Shown here: positions 25,081 through 35,204 of the stretch, in pieces
How positions within the stretch are numbered: the first letter of the stretch is position 1
Layout of the letters: the number at the start of each line of letters is the position of its first letter
NCBI GenBank assembly: GCA_016875735.1
Contig: VGOW01000011.1
Location: forward strand, 9,288-73,287
Reading direction: 5' to 3'
DNA from: Chloroflexota bacterium
GTDB taxonomy: Bacteria; Chloroflexota; Anaerolineae; Anaerolineales; VGOW01
Length of the DNA stretch: 64,000 nt
Position numbers and translations under genes: made by a program
The notes under the pieces: generated by a model
Told to the model about the DNA's origin: nothing
Databases searched by the model: none
Seen by the model: the letters and a program-made list of their open reading frames with translations, nothing else

Positions 25081-27822
25081 GTGGATCTCTCTGCCACCAT
25101 TCGCCTGCTCGGCGACCTGCTCGGCGAGGTGATCGCCGAACAAGAGTCCCCCGCCATCTTCGAAGCCGAAGAGCAAATCCGCGCCCTGGCCAAAGCCCGC
25201 CGCGGCGGCGACCCCTCCGCCGCCCTCCGCCTTCCCACCGAAGTCGCCTCCCTCTCGCCCGAATCATCGCGCGCCATTGCCTCGGCCTTTGCCCTCTATT
25301 TCGATCTCATCAACCTCGCCGAAGAATCTCAGCGCGTCAGCGCCCTCCGCCAGCGCGAACGCGACCGCCACCCCGAGCCCACTGGCGAGTCCGTTGCCGA
25401 AACCATCGCCGCGCTCAAACAACGCGGCCTCACCGCCGAGCAGGCGCGAGCGCTCCTCGAAAACCTCAGCATCGAACTCGTCCTCACCGCTCACCCCACC
25501 GAAGCCAAACGCCGCACCGTCCTCTCCAAACTCGAACGCATTGCCCGCCATCTTCACTTTCTGCGCGAGAATGACCCCCTGCCCCGCGAGCACGCCGACT
25601 CCATCGCCGCGCTCCGCGCCGAGATCACCGCCCTGTGGCTCACCGACCGCGCCCGCACTGCCCGTCCCGCCGTCACCGACGAAGTGCGCACTGGCCTCTA
25701 TTTCGTTGACGACATTTTTTGGGACGCGCTCCCGCGCATTTACGCCGACCTCGACTCCGCGCTCGCCGAACACTATCCCGATCTGACCGCCCCCTCTCGC
25801 TGGCTCACCCTCGCCTCGTGGGTTGGCGGCGACCGCGACGGCAACCCCAACGTCACCGCCCCCGTCACCGCCGAAACCCTGCGCCTCCATCGCGGCCTCG
25901 CCGTCGAAAAGCATCGCCGCGCATTGCAAGACCTCGCCCGCCGCCTCAGCATCAGCGACCGCCGCATCCCCATGCCGCCCGATCTGCGCGAGTGGCTCGA
26001 CGCCCGTCGGCCTCTCCCGCCGCACGTGGCCTACCTCGAAACCCGTTACGTCCACGAACCGTTCCGCCTCGCCATCGCCCTCCTCGCCGCCGATCTCGAA
26101 TCCGCATCGAAAGAGGACATGACCGCGCGGCTGCTCGACGCCGCGCCGCACACCGCCCGCGTCCGCGCCGACGACTTCACCGCTCTGCTCGATCTCATCA
26201 CCCACGCCCTCCCCCGCTCAATTACGCATAACCAATTACTCACCCTCCACCGCCAGTTCGAAATCTTCGGCCTCCACGCCGCCCGCCTCGATCTCCGCGA
26301 AGACTCGTCTCGCCTCAACGCCACCCTCGCCGAAACATTGCGCGCCCTCAAAATCGATTTGCAATTCGACTCGAAAGATGATCGCGCCCGCGCCGAACTT
26401 TTGAGTCGGCTGCTCGACACTACGGGCGGGTCAGAGGCCCGCCCCTACGGCCCCGACAATTTGGCCGCCCTGCCCGCCGCCACCGCCGACTCCGCCGAAA
26501 CGTGGGCGCTCTTCCGATTGCTCGCTCGTGTTCACGCCGTGTATGGGCGCGACCTGCTCGGCCCGTTCATCGTCTCCATGACTCGCGGCCCCGCCGACCT
26601 CCTCGCCGTTCTGCTCATGGCCCGCTGGAGCCATTGCGCCGACGGCCTCAGCATCGTGCCGCTGTTCGAGACTCTCGACGACCTCGCCGCCGCGCCGCGC
26701 ATCCTCGCCGATCTCTTTTCGCTCGACTCATACCGCGCGCACCTCGCCGCGCTCGGCAACGAGCAAATCGTGATGATCGGCTACTCCGACAGCAACAAAG
26801 ACGGCGGATACCTCGCCGCAAACTGGGCGCTGTATCAAGCGCAAGAGCACATCGCTCGCGTGTGCCGCGAACACGGAGTCCGCCTCACCCTGTTTCACGG
26901 GCGGGGCGGCACGGTGGCCCGGGGCGGCGGTCCCGCGAATCGGGCTATTCGAGCCCAGCCGCCCGCCACGGTCAATGGCCGCTTCCGCCTCACCGAGCAG
27001 GGGGAGACCGTCGCCTCTCGATACTCTGATCCCGTTCTCGCCCATCGCCACCTCGAACAGATCGTCAGCGCCGTCCTCCTCGCCTCCGCGCCTATCGCCA
27101 ATTACCAATCACCAATTACCAATGAGTGGCGACACGCCTTGTCAGCCATGTCCGCCGCCGCCCACGCCGCCTATCGCGCGCTCGTCTTCGAGACTCCCGG
27201 CTTCATCGAGTTCTGGCAAACCGCCACACCCATCGACGAGATCAGCCGCATGAGAATCGGATCGCGCCCCACCGCCCGCCGCGCCGGGAAACTCGAAGTG
27301 CACAACATCCGCGCCATCCCGTGGGTCTTTTCGTGGATGCAGAGCCGCTTCAACCTGCCCGGCTGGCTTGGGTTGGGAACGGCAATCTCAAATCTCAAAT
27401 CTCAAACTCCAAACTTCAAAGAGATGTACGAGGGTTGGCCCTTCTTCCGCGCATTGCTTGACAATGCCGAAATGTCGTTGCTCAAAGCCGATCTCGGCAT
27501 CGCCGCCCTCTACGCCGATCTTGTGCCCGACCGCGAACTGGCCGGCCGAATCTTCGCCCTCATCCGCGATGAATACGAACGCACCTGCGAGGCCGTGCTG
27601 GCCGCCTCCGGCCACACCGAACTGATGGACGCCGACCCCGTGATCCAACGATCCGTTCAGCTCCGCAACCCTTACGTCGATCCATTGAACTACCTGCAAG
27701 TGGAAACGCTCCGCCGCCTGCGCGCCTTGCCCGAAGAACAGCGAGAGGGGGCCGAAGCCCTCCACGATGTCATGATCCTCACCATCAACGGCATTGCCGC
27801 CGGGTTGAGGAACACGGGCTAA
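25081..27822 (+). CDS. ppc: phosphoenolpyruvate carboxylase
   Basis: Contains 'VLTAHPTE', 'VMIGYSDSNKDGG', 'LFHGRGGTVARGGGP', 'FSWMQSRFNLPGW' and the C-terminal 'NGIAAGLRNTG'. GTG start. Confidence 0.95.
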   Translation: MDLSATIRLLGDLLGEVIAEQESPAIFEAEEQIRALAKARRGGDPSAALRLPTEVASLSPESSRAIASAFALYFDLINLAEESQRVSALRQRERDRHPEPTGESVAETIAALKQRGLTAEQARALLENLSIELVLTAHPTEAKRRTVLSKLERIARHLHFLRENDPLPREHADSIAALRAEITALWLTDRARTARPAVTDEVRTGLYFVDDIFWDALPRIYADLDSALAEHYPDLTAPSRWLTLASWVGGDRDGNPNVTAPVTAETLRLHRGLAVEKHRRALQDLARRLSISDRRIPMPPDLREWLDARRPLPPHVAYLETRYVHEPFRLAIALLAADLESASKEDMTARLLDAAPHTARVRADDFTALLDLITHALPRSITHNQLLTLHRQFEIFGLHAARLDLREDSSRLNATLAETLRALKIDLQFDSKDDRARAELLSRLLDTTGGSEARPYGPDNLAALPAATADSAETWALFRLLARVHAVYGRDLLGPFIVSMTRGPADLLAVLLMARWSHCADGLSIVPLFETLDDLAAAPRILADLFSLDSYRAHLAALGNEQIVMIGYSDSNKDGGYLAANWALYQAQEHIARVCREHGVRLTLFHGRGGTVARGGGPANRAIRAQPPATVNGRFRLTEQGETVASRYSDPVLAHRHLEQIVSAVLLASAPIANYQSPITNEWRHALSAMSAAAHAAYRALVFETPGFIEFWQTATPIDEISRMRIGSRPTARRAGKLEVHNIRAIPWVFSWMQSRFNLPGWLGLGTAISNLKSQTPNFKEMYEGWPFFRALLDNAEMSLLKADLGIAALYADLVPDRELAGRIFALIRDEYERTCEAVLAASGHTELMDADPVIQRSVQLRNPYVDPLNYLQVETLRRLRALPEEQREGAEALHDVMILTINGIAAGLRNTG
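27098..27125. repeat. heptamer array (CCAATTA/CCAATCA) in frame in ppc
   Basis: CCAATTA CCAATCA CCAATTA CCAATGA, encoding 'ANYQSPITNE'. Confidence 0.7.
27385..27421. repeat. heptamer array (CTCAAAT/CTCAAAC) in frame in ppc
   Basis: ATCTCAA ATCTCAA ATCTCAA ACTCCAA ACTTCAA, encoding 'ISNLKSQTPNFK'. Confidence 0.7.
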
Positions 27823-27830
27823 CCCCCTCG

Positions 27831-30146
27831 TTATTTCACTGTTACCGTTGCCAATTCGATAGCGCGGTCGGGCCACTCACTGCCATCGGCGCGGAAAGCG
27901 ATGAGCGGAATGACGGTCGCCGGATCGTACAGCCCGACGAAAAGGCGATAGTCGCCCGCAGAGGGGATGATGAGCGTGTGCGTATCCACAACGGGATGCG
28001 CCGGGCGCCACAAACTGGTGGGCCAGTTTCCGTTCGCCGGGGGGCCGTCGGCCTGCGCGATCAGCGCCCCGCCCCCATCCCGGTCGCGCACATGCACGAA
28101 CACGGTGAGATCGGCGGCGAGGGATTCTGAGGCAAGCCAATAGAGAGTGAGCGAGATCGGTTGATTGGCGATGAGGGGTTGCGGAAGATCGTAGCCCAGC
28201 AGTGAGAGGCCGCCTTCGAGAGTCGAGTCGGCGGGGTGAGTGGGATTGACGGTGATCGGTTGGGATGAGTCGAGCGTGCCGACGCCCACAAGCGCCGAAG
28301 GGATGGGGCCGCCGTCGAGGGTGGTGATCGGAAACGGTCGAGCGGGGTCGGAGTTCCACATAGCAATATCGAGCCACAACGCGGTGGGAGTGGTTGAATC
28401 AGAATCAATTTCGATGACGTAGGAATCGGGGTAAAGGTCGCCGGGCTTCCAAAACGAAGTGGGGCGGAGGCCGCCGCCGGGCCACGAATCGACACTGCCG
28501 ACGAGCGCGCGGTCGCGTCCGAGCAGATGGAGGAAGAGGTTGTAGTCTTCGGCTATTGGCGCGAGGGAGCGCCAGTAAAGGGTAATTAGTAATTGGTTAT
28601 TGGGGGTGAGGCGGTCGGGCGAGTCGAGAGTGTAGCCGATGAGTTCAACGCCGGGCGCGATGATGGCGCGCACGGGTTTGAGGTTAGGCGGGAGTTGAGA
28701 GTCGGCGATGGGCGACGGAGGAATGTATGCGGCGGCAACGCTGTTGGCGGCGGTGAAGGCGGCGATGAAACCAAACGCGCCGATGAGCACGCCGACGACT
28801 CGCATCGTGTGCTGTCGCGGAATCCATGCCAGCAATGCAACGGAAAGATAGGCGCACAACGGGGCAAGGGTGGTGAACATGAGCCGCCCTTGCGCCGAAT
28901 AGCTGAGGAGATTCCAGCGCAAGAGGCTGGCGGCGGTGGTGATGATGAACACGACGAGAAGCGCGTGTGTGAGCCATTGCCAGCGCGAGAGGCGGCGCAG
29001 TGATTCGCGGCGGGCAATGAGAGCCAGCGCTCCGCTGGCAATGCCGATGAGGGTGAGCGCAGTATAAAAGTTGTACATCCAGCGCGGGGCCATAATGTTG
29101 AACGAGCCGAACATGCCCCAAAACGAAAGCCAGAAACTCGGCCACTCGGAGAGGAAGGTTTGCAGGGTGTATGGTTCGAGGCGAGTGGCGGTGATTTGCG
29201 AATGGATTTTGATGGCGAGCAGTTCGCCGTAGAGGGCGATGTTGCGAACGTACCACCAGCCGGAGAGGAGGGCGACGATGACGACGATGATTGTGCCGTT
29301 GACGAAGAAGCGTTTCCATTGGCCGGTGCGGGCGGCTTGCAGAAGCAGAGCGAGTCCGACGATGGGGATGAGGATGAGCGCGGAGACTTTGGAGAGCGCG
29401 CCGATTCCCAAAAGGAGGCCGACAGCGGGAACATCCCATCGGCGTTCGCCGATCTCGCGAGAGAGGATTTGCGACGGGCCGAGGGCGAGGTGAACGGCAA
29501 CGAGCAGAGAGAGCGCGGCGATGAGCCAGGTGAGGCTGTCGTTGTTCACCGAAGCGGTGATGAAGATGAAGGTGGGGTTGAAGGCGAGGAGGGCGGTGGC
29601 GAGGATGGACACCCCTGCCCCCACCCTGACCCTCCCCCGTTCAGCAGTTCTCTGAACGGGGGAGGGGAAAAGAGCGACAACAAAAAGATAGGTGGCTGCT
29701 ACCGTGCCCGCGCCCATGAGGAGAGAGAAAGTGCGAATGATGTAGATCGCCAGCGCCGAGCCACGCAGGGCAAACGGCTCGACGACGGCGCGGCCCACGG
29801 CGCGAGTGTAGTTAACGTTTTGCGGAGCGCCGGGGATGCCAATGCGGGCGAACGGATTGGGGGCGCGCAGTGAGTCGAAATCGCTGGTGTCGATCCAAAA
29901 AGTGAGCGCCGCGCTGAGGTAATAATAGGCTGGAGGGTGAAAGCCCACTTGCTCCCACGGTTGTTTGACGTCAAGCCGTTGAACGGGAAGACCGCGGCCG
30001 AGTGCGACGTGGCGAACGAATGGATAATGGAACACTTCATCGGAGGCCTCGAAGGGCGGCGTGGCGAGGGTATAGAGGAGGCCGAGCGAGAGGTAGGCGA
30101 GGAGGATGAAGAATAAAGGGTAAACGCGAAATACCAAGGAGCGCAT
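27831..30146 (-). CDS. GT-C fold glycosyltransferase family 39 (ArnT/PMT-like) membrane protein with a duplicated C-terminal extracytoplasmic domain
   Basis: Contains 'PPFEASDEVFHYPF', a polytopic N-terminal half, and two C-terminal repeats of the 'L.L.GY...L.LYW....Y..F.H...'-type module. Confidence 0.8.
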   Translation of the reverse strand: MRSLVFRVYPLFFILLAYLSLGLLYTLATPPFEASDEVFHYPFVRHVALGRGLPVQRLDVKQPWEQVGFHPPAYYYLSAALTFWIDTSDFDSLRAPNPFARIGIPGAPQNVNYTRAVGRAVVEPFALRGSALAIYIIRTFSLLMGAGTVAATYLFVVALFPSPVQRTAERGRVRVGAGVSILATALLAFNPTFIFITASVNNDSLTWLIAALSLLVAVHLALGPSQILSREIGERRWDVPAVGLLLGIGALSKVSALILIPIVGLALLLQAARTGQWKRFFVNGTIIVVIVALLSGWWYVRNIALYGELLAIKIHSQITATRLEPYTLQTFLSEWPSFWLSFWGMFGSFNIMAPRWMYNFYTALTLIGIASGALALIARRESLRRLSRWQWLTHALLVVFIITTAASLLRWNLLSYSAQGRLMFTTLAPLCAYLSVALLAWIPRQHTMRVVGVLIGAFGFIAAFTAANSVAAAYIPPSPIADSQLPPNLKPVRAIIAPGVELIGYTLDSPDRLTPNNQLLITLYWRSLAPIAEDYNLFLHLLGRDRALVGSVDSWPGGGLRPTSFWKPGDLYPDSYVIEIDSDSTTPTALWLDIAMWNSDPARPFPITTLDGGPIPSALVGVGTLDSSQPITVNPTHPADSTLEGGLSLLGYDLPQPLIANQPISLTLYWLASESLAADLTVFVHVRDRDGGGALIAQADGPPANGNWPTSLWRPAHPVVDTHTLIIPSAGDYRLFVGLYDPATVIPLIAFRADGSEWPDRAIELATVTVK

Positions 30147-30150
30147 GGAA

Positions 30151-30190
30151 GAGCAATTGGTGATTAGCGATTGGTGATTGGCGATGGGCG
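30151..30190. repeat. heptamer array (GATTGGT/GATTAGC) spanning the YfhO stop and the intergenic region
   Basis: GGTGATTAGCGATTGGTGATTGGCGATGGGCGG. It encodes the YfhO C-terminus 'PSPITNR'. Confidence 0.65.
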
Positions 30191-32257
30191 GCTAGCGACG
30201 AACAATGCGATGTAAATCGTGAGGGCGATGATGGAGATAATCGCGCCAACGATGAATGCCACAGGGCGATAGTTCAGTTCAATAGTCGCCGGGCCAGCGG
30301 GGACGGGAATAGCGATTAGAAACGCGTCGGCTTCGAGGGCAGGCGCGGGTTGGCCGTTGACGGTGGCAACCCAGCCGGGATAGTAGGCTTCGCTGACGAC
30401 GAGGAGCGCGGGTGAATCAGCAGTGACGGTGAAGGCGAGGCGGCCCGGAGAATCTTCGAGGGTAGAAGGGGCAGGCGCAGCGGCGAATGGCCGCTCCGCG
30501 TTGCGAATGGCGAATTGTGGATCGCGGATGATAGCAGTGGTGAAGGGATCGAAGGCGGGGGTTTGCAGGGCAGCGAACACCGAGTTGCGGTCGGCGGCGA
30601 TTTGAGCTTGATGCACGAGCCACGCGCGGCGCGGAATCTCGAACATGCGATAGACTTTCGCATCGCCTTTGGGGGCCGCGCCCTCGGCCACGCGCTCAGC
30701 GGGCGGCAGTTCGTTTTCGCGAGTGAGCGCTCCGTTCTTCCACGTGATCAAATACTTCATGCCGATCACTTTCCAGCGCAAACTTTCTGGCGCGCGTTCG
30801 TCGAACTCGGCCCACGCCGCCGGACGAATGGGCGAGATGCCGCCCCACTCTTTGAAGCCGTAGCCGCAGGCAAAGTGGCCCTGCATTCGGGCATCATCCT
30901 GCACCCGAAAGAAAGGGGCGGGATCGGCGCGGATGGGATCGAGGATGGAAAAAGGAGGATACGGGTCGAAAGGCGCGACGAGGTTCGACGCAGTTCGGTT
31001 GGAATAGAGATCGATGACGGTGGCGGCCGCCACCGCGAGGGCGACGATCACTGCGGGGAGCCGGGTCCGCGCGCTGATCGATCTCAGTAGTTGATCGAAT
31101 CCCAATGCGGCGAGGATCGCTATCGAAAACGAAACGAGCGCGGCAATGCGCTCTTGCCCGCGAAAGAGGCGATAGCCGGGCAATAACCAGTAGGCGATAG
31201 AGTACACAGGCGTGTTGCCGCCGAACGAAAGAAGGAGGCCGACGACGGCGACGGCGAGCCAGAAGGCGGCCCTCACCCCCCGAAACGCAATAGCCAGCAT
31301 TGCCAACGCCAGCGGCGCGAGGCCAATGTACAACGGGCTCCACATCGGATCGGTGAAGAGGAATTGTTTGACGATGCCGAGAGGGAAGCCGCGAGAAAGT
31401 TCCTCGAAGGAGAGCGAGGCGCGAGTGGAGAGGGAGAGGTATTGCGCCTGCGGCAAAAGCTGCACGAGCGAAAGGCCGAAGAGCAAGCCGAAGATCGCGG
31501 CGAGGCGAGTCAGAGTCCAGCGCCACGGGCGGCCATCGAGCGCGGCGCGATGGATGAAATACGCAATGGAAAGGTAGGCGACGAAGAGAAAGGTTTGAGG
31601 GTGCCCGGCGAAGAAGGCGAGGGCGAGCGTGAGAGCAGGCCAGATTGTGGAGCGAAGAGCGTGGGGCGTGGGGCGTGAAGCGGAGAGGCGGCGAAGGGAG
31701 AGGAGGAGGAGCGGAAGCCAAACAATGGTTTCGAGGATGGCTGTTTGCAATGGCGGGTAGCCGATGAGGTAGCCGCCGTAGGTGAAGACGATGGCGCCGA
31801 GGAGGGGAGGGAGATCGCAGATTGCGGATGGCTGATTGCTGATTGCCGCTGGCTGATCGCTGAGTTCGGCGCGGAGGAAGAGGAAGGTGAAGAGGCTGGC
31901 GAGGAGGTAGTGAGAGGCCGCTTCGAGGGTGAGGGCGAAGAGGGGGAAGTGGCCGTAGCCTAACAGTTTCAGAATCGCATAACTGATCCAGATTGGCGGG
32001 TAGAACAGTTGCGATTGCGGATCGGCGTGAAAGGGATAACCGGCAAAGAAGCAGTCGGCCCACAGCGGCAGGCGCCCCGCGGCGAGGGCGCGATAGGCGA
32101 TGTTGCGGAAAACAAAGAACTGCTGGGTGAAGTCGCCGTCGGGGAAGGAGGCTTGCCCGGCGAGGTAGCGCCAGAAGAAGAGCAGCCAAAGGGCGAGGAG
32201 AAGGATGAAGGATGAACCCCCTGGCGAGGGCAGGTGATGAAGGATGAAACGGCGCAT
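30164..32257 (-). CDS. YfhO-family membrane protein (putative glycosyl/glycopolymer transferase)
   Basis: Contains 'FPDGDFTQQFFVFRNIAYRALAAGRLPLWADCFFAGYPFHADPQSQLFYPP' and has a polytopic profile. I moved the start to the ATG at 32257 because the first 12 track codons are repeat-derived. Confidence 0.7.
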   Translation of the reverse strand: MRRFILHHLPSPGGSSFILLLALWLLFFWRYLAGQASFPDGDFTQQFFVFRNIAYRALAAGRLPLWADCFFAGYPFHADPQSQLFYPPIWISYAILKLLGYGHFPLFALTLEAASHYLLASLFTFLFLRAELSDQPAAISNQPSAICDLPPLLGAIVFTYGGYLIGYPPLQTAILETIVWLPLLLLSLRRLSASRPTPHALRSTIWPALTLALAFFAGHPQTFLFVAYLSIAYFIHRAALDGRPWRWTLTRLAAIFGLLFGLSLVQLLPQAQYLSLSTRASLSFEELSRGFPLGIVKQFLFTDPMWSPLYIGLAPLALAMLAIAFRGVRAAFWLAVAVVGLLLSFGGNTPVYSIAYWLLPGYRLFRGQERIAALVSFSIAILAALGFDQLLRSISARTRLPAVIVALAVAAATVIDLYSNRTASNLVAPFDPYPPFSILDPIRADPAPFFRVQDDARMQGHFACGYGFKEWGGISPIRPAAWAEFDERAPESLRWKVIGMKYLITWKNGALTRENELPPAERVAEGAAPKGDAKVYRMFEIPRRAWLVHQAQIAADRNSVFAALQTPAFDPFTTAIIRDPQFAIRNAERPFAAAPAPSTLEDSPGRLAFTVTADSPALLVVSEAYYPGWVATVNGQPAPALEADAFLIAIPVPAGPATIELNYRPVAFIVGAIISIIALTIYIALFVASRPSPITNR
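31813..31865. repeat. heptamer array in frame in YfhO
   Basis: GATCGCAGATTGCGGATGGCTGATTGCTGATTGCCGCTGGCTGATCGCTGAG, encoding 'SDQPAAISNQPSAICDL'. Confidence 0.65.
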
Positions 32258-32261
32258 GGGG

Positions 32262-32326
32262 TTTGACAAGATGAGTGGATGAGGGGGTGACAAGATGAGT
32301 CATGCACTCATCGTGTCATCGTGTCA
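32262..32326. repeat. direct plus inverted word repeat hairpin at the YfhO 5' end
   Basis: TGACAAGATGAGT occurs twice, followed by the inverted ACTCATCGTGTCATCGTGTCA. Confidence 0.65.
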
Positions 32327-32328
32327 AA

Positions 32329-34659
32329 TCAGGGAAGGACTCTGATCTTCGATAGATACACAAAATTGTCGGTGAGGCGGCCATCGGGCAGGAGGAGCTG
32401 CAGGCGAACGCCGCGCTCATCGTAAAGCCCTACTTCCACATCATACACGCCGGGCGGAGTGTCAAACTTGAGGGGGAGCACACGAATATCGGCCACGATT
32501 TGATTCGGCGCCCATGCCGCAGTGGGGGCCGCGCCGTCGAGCGGCCACGAATCGGATTGCCCCCACAACGTCTCGCCCGCGCCGCGCACGTGCGCAAACA
32601 CTGAATAATTTTTCGCCATCGGTTTCAACCCGCGCCAGTGCAGTGTGAGCGTGAGCGACTCACCGGGCGAGAGCGCGCGGCGATCCATGTCGTAGCCGAT
32701 CAATTCGATCTGCCCGCCGAAGTTGAACGATTGGGGATTGGGGGCACTGCCGGGGTTGGCGGCGATGGCGAGGGGCGAGAGCGTGAGCGCGTCGCGTCCG
32801 GCATCCGGGCCGCCTTCGGTGGCGACGAGCAGTCGGTCGCCCGTCGCGTAATCATAGAGGCCGATCTCGATGGCCGCCTCGCTCGGCGCATATGTTGTCG
32901 GCGGAATGGTGGTCACATATGTGTCAGCCAGCGTTCGCCCCACCTCCCATTTGCGCGTGGGCATGAGGCCGAGTCCGGGAAACGTGTCGCGCTGGGCGAC
33001 GACGATTTGATTCTCGTCGATGACGTGAACGAACACGCTCCAATCTCTGTCCATGGCAACGAGCGATTGCCAATAGAGGATGAGGGTGAGTTGTGAGCCG
33101 GGAGTGGCGAAGGCGGAGTCGAGAGAATAGCCGAGCAGGCGCATCTCGGCGGGGAAGCCCGGCGCGCCGAAGTCCACATTGGCGCGGTGAGGGATGGCGG
33201 CGATTTGATCGGGCGTGAGCGCGGGGGGGTCGGCGTAGGCAGGGGCGATGAAGGCAAACGGCGCAACAACGGTGACGGCGGCCATGAAGAGAATGATGGC
33301 GGCGAGGGCGAGGGGGCGAATGCGAGTCGGCAGGATGGTTCGCAACCCGAGGGCGATCAGCACACCGATGGCCGAGAGGCCGGAGAAGATGAGTCGGCCT
33401 TGCGATGACCACGTGATCGTTGCCCACTGAATGAGGCCGTAGCCGATGAGGGCGAGGTGGCCGAAGAGCAACAGATAGCGGGCGGCAAATGGCGAATGGC
33501 GGGTAGCCGATGGCAAATGACGAAACAGCGTGATGGCGCTTTGGACAATGAAGAGGGCGAGGCCGATGAGGGCAACGAGGGCGATAGTGTTGAGGGCGGT
33601 GTAAATCCAATCGCTCATGGGAATGTTGACGCCGCCGAAGAGGCCCCAAAAGGAGCGAGTGAAACTTTCGCGCTCGCCCCACAATTGGAGGAGTGAGGCG
33701 GGCGCGGCGCGCTTGCCCAGCACGGCGATGAAGGCATTCCAGCCGAGCAGGTCGCCGTAGAGAGTGAGGTTGCGGTAATACCACCAGGAGGGGAGGAGGA
33801 GGGCGGGAATGAAGATCAATGAACAATGAACAATGAAAGAATGAACAATGGCAGAATGAGCGCTGATCGCTGACGGCTGAAGGCTGATGGCTATGAGGGT
33901 GAGGCCGGTGAGGGCGAAGAGGCCGAGGGCCGATTGTTTGGTGAGGGCGGCGAGGCCGAGCAGGAGGCCGAGGGCAAAGGACTGTTGATTGGTAATTGGT
34001 AATTGGTAGTTGGCAACCGCTGATGGCTGACTGCTGACCGCTAACCGCTGACCGCTGATGCGAACGAGAATGAAAAGGATGGCGGCGGAGAGGAGCGAGG
34101 CGAGGTTGTCATTGTTCACGGCGCCGGAGATGAAGGCAAACATGGGAATGAAAGCGACGAGCCCGGCGGCGGCGAGGCGCGAAGGCTCGTCGTCGAAAAA
34201 CTCGCGGGCGGTGAGATAGGTGAACAGCACTGTGCCTGCGCTCATCAACACCGAGAGGAGGCGGATGAGGCGCACGGCCAACACTGCGCCTCGCCATGGG
34301 AAGTTTTCGGCGGAGGTGTGAACAACGAGATTGGTGTTGCCATCGGGTGTGATCACGCCGTTGTCAACGTGCGGGTTGAGCCAGCGCACTTGCGGCATGT
34401 CGCTCGTGTCGATCCACGCCGTGGCCCAGCCCATGAGGTAATAATAGAGCGGCGGCTGGCTGGCTTCTTGCCGCCACGGGCCCACGTTGGCCGGGTCTTG
34501 CACCGGCAGCGCCCCACCCCGCGAAAGATGCTGAACCATCGGGTAATGCCAGAGTTCGTCGGAGGCTTCGAAGAGGGGCGTGGCGACAGCGTAGACCGCG
34601 CCGGTGATGAGAAAAGCGAGGAGAAGCCAGATGACGGGCTGGCGCTTCACAATTTGCAT
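32329..34659 (-). CDS. GT-C fold glycosyltransferase family 39 (ArnT/PMT-like) membrane protein, second copy
   Basis: Contains 'PLFEASDELWHYPMVQHL' and the same duplicated C-terminal module as 27831..30146. I chose the ATG at 34659 because the longer track ORF overlaps the upstream gene. Confidence 0.8.
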   Translation of the reverse strand: MQIVKRQPVIWLLLAFLITGAVYAVATPLFEASDELWHYPMVQHLSRGGALPVQDPANVGPWRQEASQPPLYYYLMGWATAWIDTSDMPQVRWLNPHVDNGVITPDGNTNLVVHTSAENFPWRGAVLAVRLIRLLSVLMSAGTVLFTYLTAREFFDDEPSRLAAAGLVAFIPMFAFISGAVNNDNLASLLSAAILFILVRISGQRLAVSSQPSAVANYQLPITNQQSFALGLLLGLAALTKQSALGLFALTGLTLIAISLQPSAISAHSAIVHSFIVHCSLIFIPALLLPSWWYYRNLTLYGDLLGWNAFIAVLGKRAAPASLLQLWGERESFTRSFWGLFGGVNIPMSDWIYTALNTIALVALIGLALFIVQSAITLFRHLPSATRHSPFAARYLLLFGHLALIGYGLIQWATITWSSQGRLIFSGLSAIGVLIALGLRTILPTRIRPLALAAIILFMAAVTVVAPFAFIAPAYADPPALTPDQIAAIPHRANVDFGAPGFPAEMRLLGYSLDSAFATPGSQLTLILYWQSLVAMDRDWSVFVHVIDENQIVVAQRDTFPGLGLMPTRKWEVGRTLADTYVTTIPPTTYAPSEAAIEIGLYDYATGDRLLVATEGGPDAGRDALTLSPLAIAANPGSAPNPQSFNFGGQIELIGYDMDRRALSPGESLTLTLHWRGLKPMAKNYSVFAHVRGAGETLWGQSDSWPLDGAAPTAAWAPNQIVADIRVLPLKFDTPPGVYDVEVGLYDERGVRLQLLLPDGRLTDNFVYLSKIRVLP
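33815..33895. repeat. heptamer arrays (TGAACAA; GCTGATC/GCTGACG) in frame in GT39 copy 2
   Basis: AATGAACAATGAACAATGAAAGAATGAACAATGG...GCTGATCGCTGACGGCTGAAGGCTGATGGC. Confidence 0.7.
33985..34062. repeat. heptamer arrays (GGTAATT; GCTGACC) in frame in GT39 copy 2
   Basis: TTGGTAATTGGTAATTGGTAGTTGG...CGCTGATGGCTGACTGCTGACCGCTAACCGCTGACCGCTGATG, encoding 'ISGQRLAVSSQPSAVANYQLPITNQ'. Confidence 0.7.
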
Positions 34660-34670
34660 GAGAGGCCGAG

Positions 34671-35204
34671 TCACCGCCCGTGTTTGGGGAGTCGCTCCGG
34701 GTGGTCTGCCGGAATGTATGGAATCAAACCCTGACGATAGGCTTCTTCCTGAGCGCCGCGCGGCATATATCGAATATCCACTATCATGCCATTCACGTTG
34801 AGTATCCAAACCAGCGGATTGCTGTCCACGAGGCTCGGCAGTGTCCAACGGGGATCGAGCTGGAACATGTCGAACATATCACGGATGATCTTGGCTTTGG
34901 CCGAGCCACTGCTCGGGCTGACGCCGAAGGCGGCGCACAATTCATCAGCCCTCATGTATGGAGGATTGGACTTATCGAAGAGGAAGTTGACTGTGCCGAG
35001 TGCATACACGATGGCGCAGGCCCACATCTCCGGCTTGCCACGATCAATGGGAGATGGTCTTTTGCGAGCCAGCGCCGCCGCCAGTTCATGGCCCAGAGTC
35101 GCGTACTCATCATTGAGATGCGTTTTGCAAACCGAGTCTATCAGAGCCACAATGGCATCGTAACGGGGCCGCATTGCTTTGGGGATGCTTGAGTCAGCGC
35201 TCAT
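34671..35204 (-). CDS. conserved hypothetical protein (soluble), embedded in the glycosyltransferase operon
   Basis: A 177-aa ORF with visibly lower GC. Its start overlaps the GT4 stop (ATGA). No family confidently recognised. Confidence 0.55.
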   Translation of the reverse strand: MSADSSIPKAMRPRYDAIVALIDSVCKTHLNDEYATLGHELAAALARKRPSPIDRGKPEMWACAIVYALGTVNFLFDKSNPPYMRADELCAAFGVSPSSGSAKAKIIRDMFDMFQLDPRWTLPSLVDSNPLVWILNVNGMIVDIRYMPRGAQEEAYRQGLIPYIPADHPERLPKHGR

